Assembly (NCBI RefSeq): GCF_964355755.1 | Contig: NC_092679.1 | Location: 19,451,432-19,515,431 of the forward strand | Origin: Antedon mediterranea | Lineage: Eukaryota; Animalia; Echinodermata | Direction: 5' to 3' | DNA length: 64,000 bases | Shown here: positions 12,994 to 25,340 of the stretch, one piece after another | Position numbering within the stretch: position 1 is the stretch's first letter | Layout: every line of letters begins with the position of its first letter | Notes under the pieces: model-generated | Database searches by the model: none | Told to the model about the DNA's origin: nothing | What the model saw: only the letters and a program-made list of their open reading frames with translations | Made by a program: the position numbers and the translations under genes

Positions 12994-15900
12994 TTATTAT
13001 TATGGTGGTGCACTCAAAGTGGTTTTTTAAATGTCTGTGCTTAACAGTCACAGAATACGTCATCTACTACGTGTTCAATGAGGTATTAAATACTACACTT
13101 AAATGATACAATCATTCAATATTCTGTAATTCTTAACCAGCAACCAAACACGCGTACACATTTCCATTAATATCTTTCTTTGAAACAATCCTATTTAGCG
13201 TAAAATTAAAAAATTATGACCATGAAGTTATGAAGTAAAATTAAAAATAGACTCTTAATCAATTCCGCATGGCACGTACTAAAATATACCTAATTATTAT
13301 TATTATCTTAGAATAGTATTTCCACTCTATGAAAATAAATCACCAAGCAAAATGAACTGACTCATAAATGGCTTTTTATATTCTATTATAAAATCATACT
13401 ATTAGGAACTAATCTAAATAAAATTGTGCTCAAAAGCATTTAAACCAAGACTAACGTGTGTACCGTATATTATTTGTAATTATTCTGTTCCCTATATTCC
13501 CTAATATACTTAAAAATGCAAGATGTAGGCCTAATTCCGAAAAATAATAAACTCCGAAAAAATGTTGATTTTCTTACGGTATCATGGCTAGTTTGTCACG
13601 ACAATAATGCCGTTTATTGTCGATAGACATGATATCATACGTTGTGTTATCTTTAATGCCATTTTTAACTGTTTTATCACTTAATACTTTTATTACATTG
13701 AGTTAACAAGACCATGACGAGTCCTCAATCATTACTTATTGGCATCATTTCTAAAGGTCAAACATCAAATTGATAAGTTCATCTTAATAATCCATGGATT
13801 TTCTACGAATTACCAACAGTGGTACTAAAATGTCATTGACCTCATAATGTTATACAATTGGATCATTGTCGTTGGCGTGTGTTTATTGTATTTATTTAAA
13901 AAATACACCAAAATGTGCTTAATCTTAAAGAGGAGTTCATTTAACAGAATTCCATCGATCATCAACTCTCAACCAACTTAATGGTCGACGGACTTACAGC
14001 TACTGTCAATAAAAACATGAACTTAAACGCTCATATATCATCAATGATTTATCGCTATGTTGCATATTTAAATTTATAGCTATGTTGTATAAGCATATTT
14101 AAATTAATTCAAGTAGAATGCGGGTACCGTAACAGGTCAAGTATCGGGGATTAAAAAATGGCTTTAAAACAATATAGCGCCGCATACGAATTATGACGAT
14201 CCAAAGTAAACGTTGATGGCGCTTTAGAAATCACGCCTATTACACAAACCTCAGCAAAGGATTGATAACTTTCTTAAGTTGCAACCCTCTCATAGTTACT
14301 TTCCTGATTTGATTTTATTTGATGTATCTCCACGGGTCATATGACATTATATTGTCTTCAGTATCATAGGAAAATCCCTTAATACCCTGTCACACGTGAT
14401 GCCTGTATTATGTTAAGTCTAAAATTAGGAAATAAGAAGGCACCTAGGTTAGTCTTATGGCTCATGACACAGGCTGTATATTTTATGCTTTGTGACATTG
14501 TATTAAAGAATTTGCCCATAATGTGCAGTCAAATATAATGAATTGATTTGTTAGGAAAACTGATTTAAACGGGAGGAATTCGAGTTGTAAGTAAACACTG
14601 TAACTCGGTTAATTTCTTATTTAACTTGTTTTAAATATTGTAACTATGTTAACATGTTTATATTAACCTGTCTTAAAGGATTAAAATTACAACATTTTTC
14701 ATACGAATGTTATTTTTCACTAGTACATATTTGAAAGCAGTGTTCAGGCCTTATCATGTTTGTCTCTCCTCTTGGCCTTACATTCTCCACACTATACACA
14801 CTCTCGTACAATGAGAACGAACCAATGTTATATCAATACCACTTTCACAGCTAAACTCCAGAGTGTGTACACACCGGGGCCGCACATACAAACAATTGTT
14901 TTCCTCCTGATACATGTTCTTATTTTCATTACAACAGACAATGTAGCCTATGTAGCCATATGTTTTAATCTTATGTTATTTGTGCGCGCGTATGAAAATT
15001 TAAAACAAACATGTTTACATTTTTACTCTTTACATTGACAAATAACTTTATAAATAGCCATTTCATGAGTAAGTTTCTGTCAATAAGAATTTAATTACAG
15101 CGACTAATTGTTATCTATACAAAGGAATGGTAAAAATAACCAATCGCGTTAAATTTAATTATATTGGAAAATAATCATATTTGGACGGGGAATAGTTTAC
15201 GAGATGCCTTAGCTTGTTTTGAAAGTGACGTAGGTTTGGAGCGTGGTCTATTTTGCATTACGTCCGTTTGGCTGATACTTGTTTGGTTCTTAATGAAATC
15301 AAATGTGTTTTTCGTGTATTGCTAGTACGAGAGTAATTGACTTGTAATGGTAAAACGAGAACAGCTAACGTAAATACTCGTTTACCGCTTGGCGATGTGA
15401 CGTACATAATTTTGACCCGCAAGCATGAAGAAAAATCACCAATCAGCAAGAATTAAAGAGTTTTATGTTGATATAACCATAGAGGAATATACCTCCATTA
15501 TATAATATAAACTATAATAAGATGATTGCGGCCGCGCGTCAGTATAATAAAATTGATAAAATCAGCGCGTACTCGATAACATCTTTACGCGTTTGTTGGC
15601 GTACAAAAAGCGACATCCGGCGCATTATTCTCGTATAGAAAGCCACCGACCCACGTAGGCATAACGCTGTTCAAATATGAGTGACTGTTAATTCGCAACG
15701 TGTATGTGTTTTTTGAGTCATAAAATACGGTACAGGAAGCTGTTTGAACGACAGGTTAATCATCGTAGTATGTACGATGCGAGAGTGGGTCGACGACGCG
15801 CCTGGCTGCGTGTAAATATTCACAACACTCATGCAATATTCATAGGAAAGTTATACGAGTATCTATTTATGTTCCTAAAAAAACATCAAAACAATTTCGA

Positions 15901-18347
15901 GTAATTAAGTAATACCGATGTGAATTTTAAATTTACTTTGAACTAGCGTGTGTGACATTTAAGAAGTTACCATTTCACAACAAATGGCGCCTGGCAGGCC
16001 GGCTCATTCTAACGCTTAGATGCATATTTTAGAAATAACAGAAATAAAACCGCCAACGTTTAAGTCAAAAAGCACAGTAAGTTATCCAGTGATGAATTCA
16101 AATTTCAAGTCGATGGAAATAGTGTTACAGATTTATAACTTCCTAAATAGTAAGCTAGCAGTTTGTCAATTGCACGACAAGAATGTTTAATAGTCAATTA
16201 CTTAGCCAGGAGTATTTAAGAGAAGAAGAAAAGCTTCTTAAACTTAGACAAGCTCATCAAAGTTGTTTGTGATGTCTCGTCTTTGTAAATATATGTGTCT
16301 AATAACAACTCTAAACAATTAAAATCACAATTATTGTTGTTATACATTATGTCTGACGGTATAACATTGTAGTTATGCGTATTTATTTTAAACGATTTCT
16401 TTAAATAGAGAGAAGATAATTCTGCAGATTTTCAAATAGAATTCGCTGTGAATGAGCACACATAAACACATTCCACCTCAAGCCCGTAGCCAGGGGGAAT
16501 TGGAAAGAACCCCCCTTTCAAACTAGAAAGAAAGAAGTCTAGAAGTGAAATTTCTAGTAAATGGCTTAAAACTCATGACCATTTTGCCTAATCTTACGTA
16601 GCCAGCAGGCAAATTATTTTCAAATTATCATTCATATACTTAGTAGGTCTAAATATACGATCTTTTCTAAAGTTAATTCTTCTACTTTCTTCTACTTATA
16701 CTACAAAATGTTTATATCTTTAAATTTTCGAAGGAATGTCTAAATAGATATTGTTGTTTGACTTCATTTCTCAGTTCCAATTATGCTGAACGGTGCACAG
16801 TAGTAAGATGTAGTAGTCTCCTTATATTTTGTGCTCGTGGCGCCCCATACCTTACGGCATCAAGGAGGAATTGCACGATATTACTTTTTCAATCTTTGTT
16901 ATTTTGTTACTTTTATCTTTTGTTCTGGGTCCCAGTAAGACGAATATCTACTTCTATCTGATGATAATAACACTCTTTTCTTTTTTTCTTTGCATTTTCA
17001 TAATTTTGTCATAATTCATGCCATTATCCAGGCTAAATAAATGTTATTGTAATAAATGTTATTGAAGTTATTTAGTGGAATGCACTTTTGGAAAATCATT
17101 GCAAATGGAGGATGCACGATGATTTTTTTAAGTGTCATTTATGATGTTACAAACATATTTGTGATCTGTGCGTCACATTTAAATGTGTTATTTCCCCTCG
17201 TTTTCTTTACTAACTTAATAACCCCAAGATTGATAAGCTTACATCAACCCCGTCGTGTCACTTTTTATCCACTCAAAAAACCTACTGCATTGTAAAAACA
17301 AAATAAATCAAGACAAAATCCGATAACACGACATTCTGTAAGTGCGTTATATTTTTAAAATAACAAACATAAATTTAAAACGTAACGTGTAATATAACTG
17401 ATGAATTAATTTGATCTTGTATAGACAATGAATATACATCATTTTGGTATAGTTATTTAATATTAAACTATTTTAATCAAGATATTAATTTGTTTAGGCC
17501 TAATAAATTAGCGAATAAATAAAGACATATTGTGTATTGTGAGTTCCCTAAAACATGTACATTACACTAAAGTAGATAGGACGTAGATAAACATCATCGT
17601 ATCTTGTGTATTAATAATTACATAGCCTAGCCCTATCAATCCTCAGAATGGAAATCAGTATGTGACGATAGTAGTGTATCAATCATATATTTATACGTCA
17701 GTTTACTAGTTTCAATAAATCATGATTCTCTCCGTTAAAACGTCTGCACACGTTTTAGCGCTCATAATTGTTTAGAATTTGTGTGACATTTAACCGTGTG
17801 TGTCATATTATCTTTGGAGTTATCCGTCAGAAATATCCTTATATTTAACATGTTAAAGATTTTTGTAATCATCGTTCCGGAACGCACGCGTCCAGGTCAA
17901 AGTTTATACTGATGACGTAATACGAGTTGCGTTGTGTGATCATTAAGAGAGCGTGTGAATGGATATTGTTAAATTTTCCATTTCTATGGCATCAGTGGTA
18001 ACTACAGAAATGATGAATGCATACTTCGGCTAGTAACTTTAAAGGTGTGTTTCCACTGACGGGATACTGGTGTGCGTGTATGAAGATGCATGGGGTGTCT
18101 GCTGTATTAGGTCTAAGTCACACTGGAATGTTAAGACGGATCCATATCAATCCCAAATCGAAATATAAAAATATGCATTGATATTTAAACAGTTTCTTCA
18201 ACAATTATGATGACGTATAAAGATCGCGTGTTTGTGTACATCAGCTGGCATGACGTCATACTGTTCAAAAAATTCAAAATGTTGAACGAAATATACAGAT
18301 ATGTAATAGTGATGGGCTTAGTCTAACATTATTAGGTATTCGTCTCT

Positions 18348-18446
18348 TCAGTCACTGACGTCACACAGCGAACATTCACATGTTTTAGCTGATCGAAACG
18401 TATCCCTGTAAACCTGATTGTCAACGCATTGTAGTACAATATTTAC
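18348..18446 (-). CDS. GPHA2: Glycoprotein hormone alpha-2, coding exon 3 (last)
   Basis: Acceptor attttattttacag| then VNIVLQCVDNQVYRDTFRSAKTCECSLCDVSD-TGA. SAxxCxCxxC cystine-knot end; phase 0 matches exon 2. Confidence 0.93.
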   Translation of the reverse strand, partial: VNIVLQCVDNQVYRDTFRSAKTCECSLCDVSD

Positions 18447-18818
18447 CTGTAAAATAAAATACTTTATTTTAAAGAGTTTCTAAATTTTCCCACATGCTTA
18501 CACACAACATTAGTTAATATTAATTTAGCTTTAAGTTAATGATGATTTCATAGTCTGATATATTCTGATAGTTCAATCAATTATTTTACTTATTTTCTAC
18601 TCAAACTCATTTTATTTAAATTAAATCAATAAACCAAACGTGTTTTTAACCAATGCACTTCAATGTTAGAGAGGCGATAATAACAGATTTTTAAAACCAC
18701 CCAAGAGTTTTAAGTTCACTGTTATTGATTTAGCAAACAAATGTACACTTACAGTATTATATTTTTCCCGATGTGATCATCATTTATAAAACTGTCAAAT
18801 ACGCTAGGACGCACATTA

Positions 18819-19109
18819 AGCTGGGCTTTCCACTTGGACGCAACGCAAGGATGTAATTACGATTCGACGGATCATTTAAAGTAAAGCTCTGTCTACACTA
18901 TCAAAGTTTATGTGATGGGCCCATAATTATATGGACATGATGATCATATCACTACCATATTTAAGCATATCACTACCAAATTTGGGTATATCACACTTTT
19001 TTTTGTTAAACTCCTTTTGGAAGTGCAGACAGAGATTTACGCTTGTGTTTGGTCAACTCACTTGAGTTGTACCACGTGGTTGCATTGCGTCCAAGTGGGA
19101 GCCGAAGCT
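18819..19109. mobile_element. Old family-A-like MITE containing a nested family-B MITE (18885-19036), in the last GPA2 intron
   Basis: Degenerate A ends flank AGCTCTGTCTACACTATCAAA...GACAGAGAT. Confidence 0.7.
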
Positions 19110-19464
19110 TTAGTGGGAGGCAGCGTATAGACTCCCGAGCAACGCAATTTGATTCAGATGAAATTTCGCTCCCTTATTACTTATTGTGTGACGAAAAATG
19201 TGATGTGCCCATATATGGACATGATGATGTCATAACACTACCATTTTTTTGGACACATCACCACCATATTTAGGCACATCACACATTTCTGTTAAACTAG
19301 TTTGATAGTGTAGACAGAGCTTTAGGATGTGAATATAGTGGGAAAATAAGTTCAGGAGATTTCTCCGTTACAGGCAGTTTTCGAATCTACAGCTCACTAA
19401 TGTCTTTCGACACTAGTAAGCGCTTTCTAAATCCCGAGTTATTATCATAATGTGCTGAACTTAC

Positions 19465-19643
19465 ATCATGTGTTTGACCGATTGTACAACATGACCCATA
19501 AGATGAGAAAACCTGAAGGCCACCACTCCGCTGTAACGTATCTTGTGATGATAAGAATGAATAAGACATACAGTATCCTCTACATGCATTCATTTGGACG
19601 TATTCAACATGGCAACCCGGTATTCGAACTTCTTTTGTATAGC
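19465..19643 (-). CDS. GPHA2: Glycoprotein hormone alpha-2, coding exon 2
   Basis: Acceptor tttctttctgcag| then (G)YTKEVRIPGCHVEYVQMNACRGYCMSYSFLSSQDTLQRSGGLQVFSSYGSCCTIGQTHD|gtaagt. NACRGxC and CC motifs of GPA2. Confidence 0.95.
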
Positions 19644-19798
19644 CTGCAGAAAGAAAAAAGAAATATAAAAAGAAAAATAGATTTTAATTGACGAAACAAG
19701 CGCAATGCGCAATGCAATAGAACCTCTATACAATGGACACCTTCGGGACCCAGCCATTAATGGTAGGGGTTGACTTCAGCCGATTATCGGTACTGTGT

Positions 19799-19956
19799 CT
19801 ATTTCCGAAGTATCATGGAATATTTGGTAATACAACATCACATGTGTTTCACATGTATCTAATATTAACCCACCCTTAACCTTACATGATACAGGCACCA
19901 TGTGATATAAATGAGATGCTGTATTACCAAATATTTCTATGATACTTCGGAAATAG
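19799..19956. repeat. Palindromic MITE-like element in GPA2 intron
   Basis: ~40-bp inverted arms ctatttccgaagtatcatggaatatttggtaatac / gtattaccaaatatttctatgatacttcggaaatag. Confidence 0.75.
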
Positions 19957-21407
19957 AGTTATGTGGGAGATACATTACTGGGTATTGACAGTGTTAAACG
20001 CATATTATTTCCCTTCGTTGTTTAGTGGGCCCGTGAGTAGAGGTGGCCCCTGATTTGAGGTTCCCCCTTAGAGCTATTGGCATCGATTCCCACTTTGGTA
20101 CAACGCGGCAGCTCGTTCAGGTAATGATCCATCACGTTCAGATTGGTCAAATTACTTGCGGTGCGCTTGCGTACAAGTGTGAACCAATTTTAAAGGAGGG
20201 ATTCTGCTGTATTTCAGTTGTCCATTATCGTTCCCACCAGTTACTTTGGTTTTGTCGTTGGTCGAGTGGATGGCGAACAATGTAGATCACTACGAACACA
20301 TTTAAATATCCACGATGTAACGAAAATTGTTGACATTGTTATATTAGTCATAATAAAACATGATCATTAAGAATCTAAAGTAAATTTGCCGAACGATCAT
20401 TAATAATAAACCTTCTGCACGATGAGTTATCATCAGGTAGTTATAAAGTTCAATGTTGAGAATGCACAGCAATTAGGTCTTCTGTTGTAGGCTATACACA
20501 ACCAAGCGAAATTTGCCCTTGTTCGTTGTAAAAAGAGGATTATTGCGAACTGCTGATAAATTATTATAATGATGACGTTTAATCGAAAAGATGATGGTAA
20601 TACTTATGAGTACAATAATTTTTATTTATTTCATTACATTTATTTACATACAGTAGAACCGCTATTAAGAGGACACCTTCGAGACCCAATAAAATGTCCC
20701 TGAAGCTTGGTTCCCACTAGAACGCAAGGACGTAAACGCAACGCAAGCGTTTTGACCAATGACAAGCGACAGTTCGAGTAATCCATCGCTTGTGATTGGT
20801 CAATTTACTTACGTTGCGTTACGTCCTTGTATTGCGTCTCTAGTGGGAACCAAGCATTAGGGGTTTCCCTGCGTAGGGGGTTGGCCAAAGTACTCGGTGC
20901 TACGATCCTGAATGATAAGTATACGAGAATGGGAGATCAAAATGAAGGCAAATGTCCCAATGTTAGGCGAGCCCAAATAGTGATAAAATACAATTGTGCT
21001 TATACAATAGTAATTTAAAATGTTGATTATCATATTCCAAAGTAGAATAGTTTCCAATTCCTTCGATTATATCAAAAGCTTGTTTGTTCAAGCACTATTT
21101 CCATATACATTATAGGCTATAATCATGTTTGCTAGGCCTACGATTCCGTATTTGTAAGGTATTACATTTTATCTTACAATATGTTTGTTAACGTAAAATA
21201 ATTTATTCACATATTATTCGAGAGATAAAATGTTTGTCCTAAAGAGTTACGATAATTCTGAGCCAATTTGACAATACTTCTACAAGATGACATCAAACGA
21301 ACATTATCGCCACTTGTTCTCAATATTGCTAATGGAAATACAAGTATGTCGACTATACTCGTGACGTCACTTTGACCGTTACATCTAAGAATATTTGAAT
21401 CACTTAC

Positions 21408-21501
21408 CGACCACGTGGCAACCTGGTTGCTCCCAGTAGTTGTCTCCATTGGCTAGCATTATGGCGGTGATTAGAACCAGTGATTTCAATAGTAAACACA
21501 T
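21408..21501 (-). CDS. GPHA2: Glycoprotein hormone alpha-2, coding exon 1 (signal peptide)
   Basis: MCLLLKSLVLITAIMLANG-DNYWEQPGCHVV(G)|gtaagt, phase 1 matches exon 2. WxxPGCH is the GPA2 N-terminal motif. Acceptor ctcttcttatttag at 21536/21535 implies an upstream non-coding exon. Confidence 0.92.
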
Positions 21502-23964
21502 CTTTTGATTAACCGTTATTGTCAACGAAGACAACCTAAATAAGAAGAGTTATTATTACTTTAGTGAATTGGTAAATATTTATTCCGGATTCGCAATTTG
21601 CAAAAATGAATGAATGTAAGTGGATGGTCACGCTAAGATGATTTATAAATGCGACCAGTGGCGGATCCATGATTTTGAAATATGGAGGAGGCGGAGGGCT
21701 TAAAGTGATAACATTGTGAACGGAACCTAATGAGATAGTTATAGATGGGGGCGTTCCGGCTGGCGATATTTCTTTTCGTACATAAGTTGGGGACCCCTCA
21801 TGAAACGTCACAAAATAAACATATTCATTAGTCATTTCCATAAGAAGGTGTAAGAATTACAACTACAATTCGCTAATGCAAACGCTTTCTGTCGAGCCGT
21901 CTGTGTAGTTGAGTGGATTAGACTATGGACTTTACATGTCGATGTATTGGGTTCGAATCTCATGAGCAACTTCTTTTTACTTTATAGTGAGATACAGATT
22001 ATTGTAGGTTTAGTTATATTTAGGAAGTAGTTCGGCTATTTTTCACATAAGTGGTCCCCAACTTATGTACGATAAATAAAATCACCGGGCCTAGATCCGC
22101 CTATGACGTATAAGAGGAGGTGAGGATATTATTTGCCTTCTTCGCCTTTAAATAAAGTCGATGACATAGGCACTTACTACTATATGCAAAAATATTCGAT
22201 TCATCATCATCATCATCATTTAATAATGATTAGCGACGTTGTTGTAACACAACTAATATAAATATGATTAAACTAAACAGCTAAAAATAAGCATTTTAAA
22301 ATAGATATGCGTACTATTAATAGTAAGGTGTTAAGTGATCTCTGTTCCACTAGCTTATTATTTTTGGCATATACGGTGTAAGACGCTGTCTATTTTTGAA
22401 TGGACAGTAGTAAATATTATTAGAAGACCGACTAAATATAGTTTTAATCACATGAGTGTAAGCGATCGGGAAAGGTTTATTTTAAGACTTTATGACCAGT
22501 TTTTGTGAAATACAGAGCCTGTAATTTTGTTATAGGCCTAGATGTTATTGTGCGGAATTTTTACTAGTTCAGATATTACGTAATGTAATCATATAGGCCT
22601 ATATATTTATAGTCTATATTAAAACATTTTATAAAATATTGGCAGATTAATAAAGTCAGTAGACACAATTAATAATTCTAAACTGAAATAATAACAATTT
22701 AAAAAAAAATTATACTTTGAATTCTTGGTTTTATAACAGTAGAAAAACAACAATACTTTTATGGTTATTTTTGGTTTCTGATGATTTTAATCTTTTACGG
22801 GAATACGTGTTGCAAATTGATTACACATTTTCATTATTTTGGATGCACTATGCCGATTGGTTTGTGCCGCTGTTCCATTCTAAATAAAGTTATTATTTAT
22901 TTATCTATTTCATTAGTAATAGGTAATTTGTAAAATAATAACAAATGTATATTCATCATTATTTTTATATACTTACATAATACTATGTCTCCCCTTAAGT
23001 TAAAAATAAGTATAAGAAAATTCTCCACTCGATCAGAATTCGAATTTATTCTTCCTGAAAAGAGAATGAATTTTGTTGATTAAACGGTTCTCTTTTGTGT
23101 GTAGCTTCCGCCACTTAAGGCGGTAATAAGGCTGATGGATTAGAAGTCGGACAGGTCGATTGAAAAAGCATCCGCTATGAAGTCCATCAGCTGGTCATCT
23201 AGTTAGATGACAATGAAATTACGATTCACTTTTAATATTATGTCACTATCTCTATTTGTGACCCACTTATATATAGAAAATAATGTAGGCCAAAGAATTA
23301 TCACTACACACTACTGTAAGCTGTAAGAAATGCAATACATATTATATAATAATTGTTCTTGTAATCATCATTGACCAAGTTAGTAATATCAACAGTGTCA
23401 GACGAGCAGTGTTACCAAATTAATATGTAATCAAAAAATGCAACATCGAAAAAAAACAACTCTGACTTTATTCATTACTCATAATACTCATATCATTTGA
23501 TAATATGGTCAATGCTTTAAGTAATTAATATTTATTTTTCATCTCTTTTCACACATTGTCCTCTTTGTATCTTTTTTTTCTTTTCTAAACTATTTTGTAC
23601 AATGTGTTGAAAATAAATAAATGAAATGAAAAACAATAATACACCTTTCTTGGGAAAGAGACTCGATCCCTGATAGACCACCGAAAATATATCACAATTT
23701 AGATTAAAACTTTTGTTTTTCAATTTTGCTTAGGCCCCTAATCGCGTCTTATAGTTGGTATATGACTGGAGTTTGAAATTTAAAACAAAAATAGTCGAAT
23801 TTCTTTAATGTCTTTTGAGAAAGTTATTTAAAAAAAAGTTCCATCTTTTTAAAGTCTTAAAGTCATACATCATTTCACCTTTACATTGCTGTCCAAATTG
23901 TAAGTGATTCATTTATAGCAACGTGTACGTATAATAGCTAACAATTAATATTATTTTTTATATC

Positions 23965-24335
23965 TTCACTATCCAGCATCAAGGACGACTCACAAATCAC
24001 AGGATTGGAAACTATGATATTTATTTTTAAAAATATGTTAATTAAATATTATTAAAATGTAAATTAGAAGTTTTATTTCAATTTAGTTATATAATTATAT
24101 ATATTGTATAATTATTATATAATATATAATTTTCACTATCCAGCACAAAAGACGACTCACCAATCACAGGATTGGAACTATGAAATTAGAAGTTTTATTT
24201 CAATTAGTTATATAATTATATATATATATTATATAAGTATTATATAATATATATAATTTTCACTATCTAGCATCAAGAACGACTCGCGCCATCACAGGAT
24301 TGAATTTATTTTTAAAATATGTTAATTAAATACAA
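23965..24335. repeat. Three-copy AT-rich tandem repeat
   Basis: ttcactatccagca...gacgactcac..atcacaggattg at about 23965, 24132 and 24259. Confidence 0.85.
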
Positions 24336-24533
24336 TTATTTTATATAATTAAATACGACATATAATGTATTAGTATAATGTTGCTTGTTGCTGCTACATT
24401 GTATATTTTGACGTCAAACGTCACCATTACTCTTACCCATTAATTTCTCGAATCTTTTCCGTTAGAATCGACAACATGCAATTCATATAGGTAGATCTAA
24501 CGAACGATATCAGAATATATTTTGCTTACATAA

Positions 24534-24693
24534 AGCTCTGTCTACACTATTAAACTGTATGTGACAAAAAAGTGTGATGTGCCTATATATGGTAGTGATA
24601 TACCCAAATATAGTAGTGATATGACATCATCATGTCCATATATGGGCACATCACATTTTTTGTCACATAAAGTTTGATAGTGTAGACAGAGCT
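24534..24693. mobile_element. Harbinger-like MITE family B (~160 bp), representative copy
   Basis: TIR AGCTCTGTCTACACTATCAAACT with TAA/TTA-type flanks. Further copies near 18885, 19185, 29112, 34434, 37523, 39815, 40553, 51014, 54936, 56630, 58864, 59685 and 59826. Confidence 0.88.
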
Positions 24694-24960
24694 TTTCAAT
24701 GATATTGATAGAGTTTATTAAATCGAGTTAGTGATTTTTATTTTCTAATGAAGTGTTTTATTGTAATTCCTGTGTTTAAGATGGCCGTCCTGTAATTAGT
24801 AAAGTGCCTGTTAGGATCAAAATAAGTGTACTATTAATAATTAAATTAAAGCCATGTTTTTAGTTCCTAAGCTGGTATTCAATCAAAGTCAATCAATTTA
24901 TCATTTATTTCTCTTCTTCTCTTTCATAGAATATAAAAATTAAACATTGGTATTACCCTT

Positions 24961-25340
24961 TACAGTAGAACTCCTCCTATAGGGCTATTACCTATTCAGA
25001 GGACTACTTCATTAAATGGACACTTTACTATAAAACGAACAACATATGTTTTAAAAATGCGGCCAACACCTATTCAGTGGCCATTTTTCCGTAACACATA
25101 GGAGCAGTTTTAACACCACGGCTAACCCCTATTCAGGAGACACTTTCCCGTAACACATAGGAGCAATATATATTTTAACATCACGACTAACCCCTATTCA
25201 GGGGACACATTCCCGTAACACATAGGAGCAATATATTATATTTTACCACCACGACTAACCCCTATTCAGGGGACACATTCCCGTAACACATAGGAGCAAT
25301 ATATTATATTTTAACACCACGACTAACCCCTGTTCAGTTT
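24961..25340. repeat. Minisatellite (~60-70-bp units) inside a TA|CAGTAGAAC MITE-like element
   Basis: Repeated cccctattcaggggacacattcccgtaacacataggagcaata. Confidence 0.85.

Noticed and set aside
2418-21408. Single-chain GPA2-GPB5 fusion protein by splicing GPA2 donors to the GPB5 acceptor
   Set aside because: The phase-0 join from exon 2 reads GCC TGA (stop); the phase-1 join from exon 1 enters a non-GPB5 frame.
21896-21965. Genuine tRNA genes here and at about 27015, 38850-38920 and 57050-57120
   Set aside because: A/B-box remnants only; no consistent cloverleaf, so treated as SINE or transposon-derived.
22971-23280. GPA2 non-coding first exon and TATA box
   Set aside because: A minus-strand GTAAGT donor and a TATA-like string exist, but such motifs are common in this AT-rich DNA; not supportable without transcripts.
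25040-25340. CRISPR-like array (also 52196-52670 and 43350-43695)
   Set aside because: Units repeat in full with no unique spacers; eukaryotic context; no cas genes.
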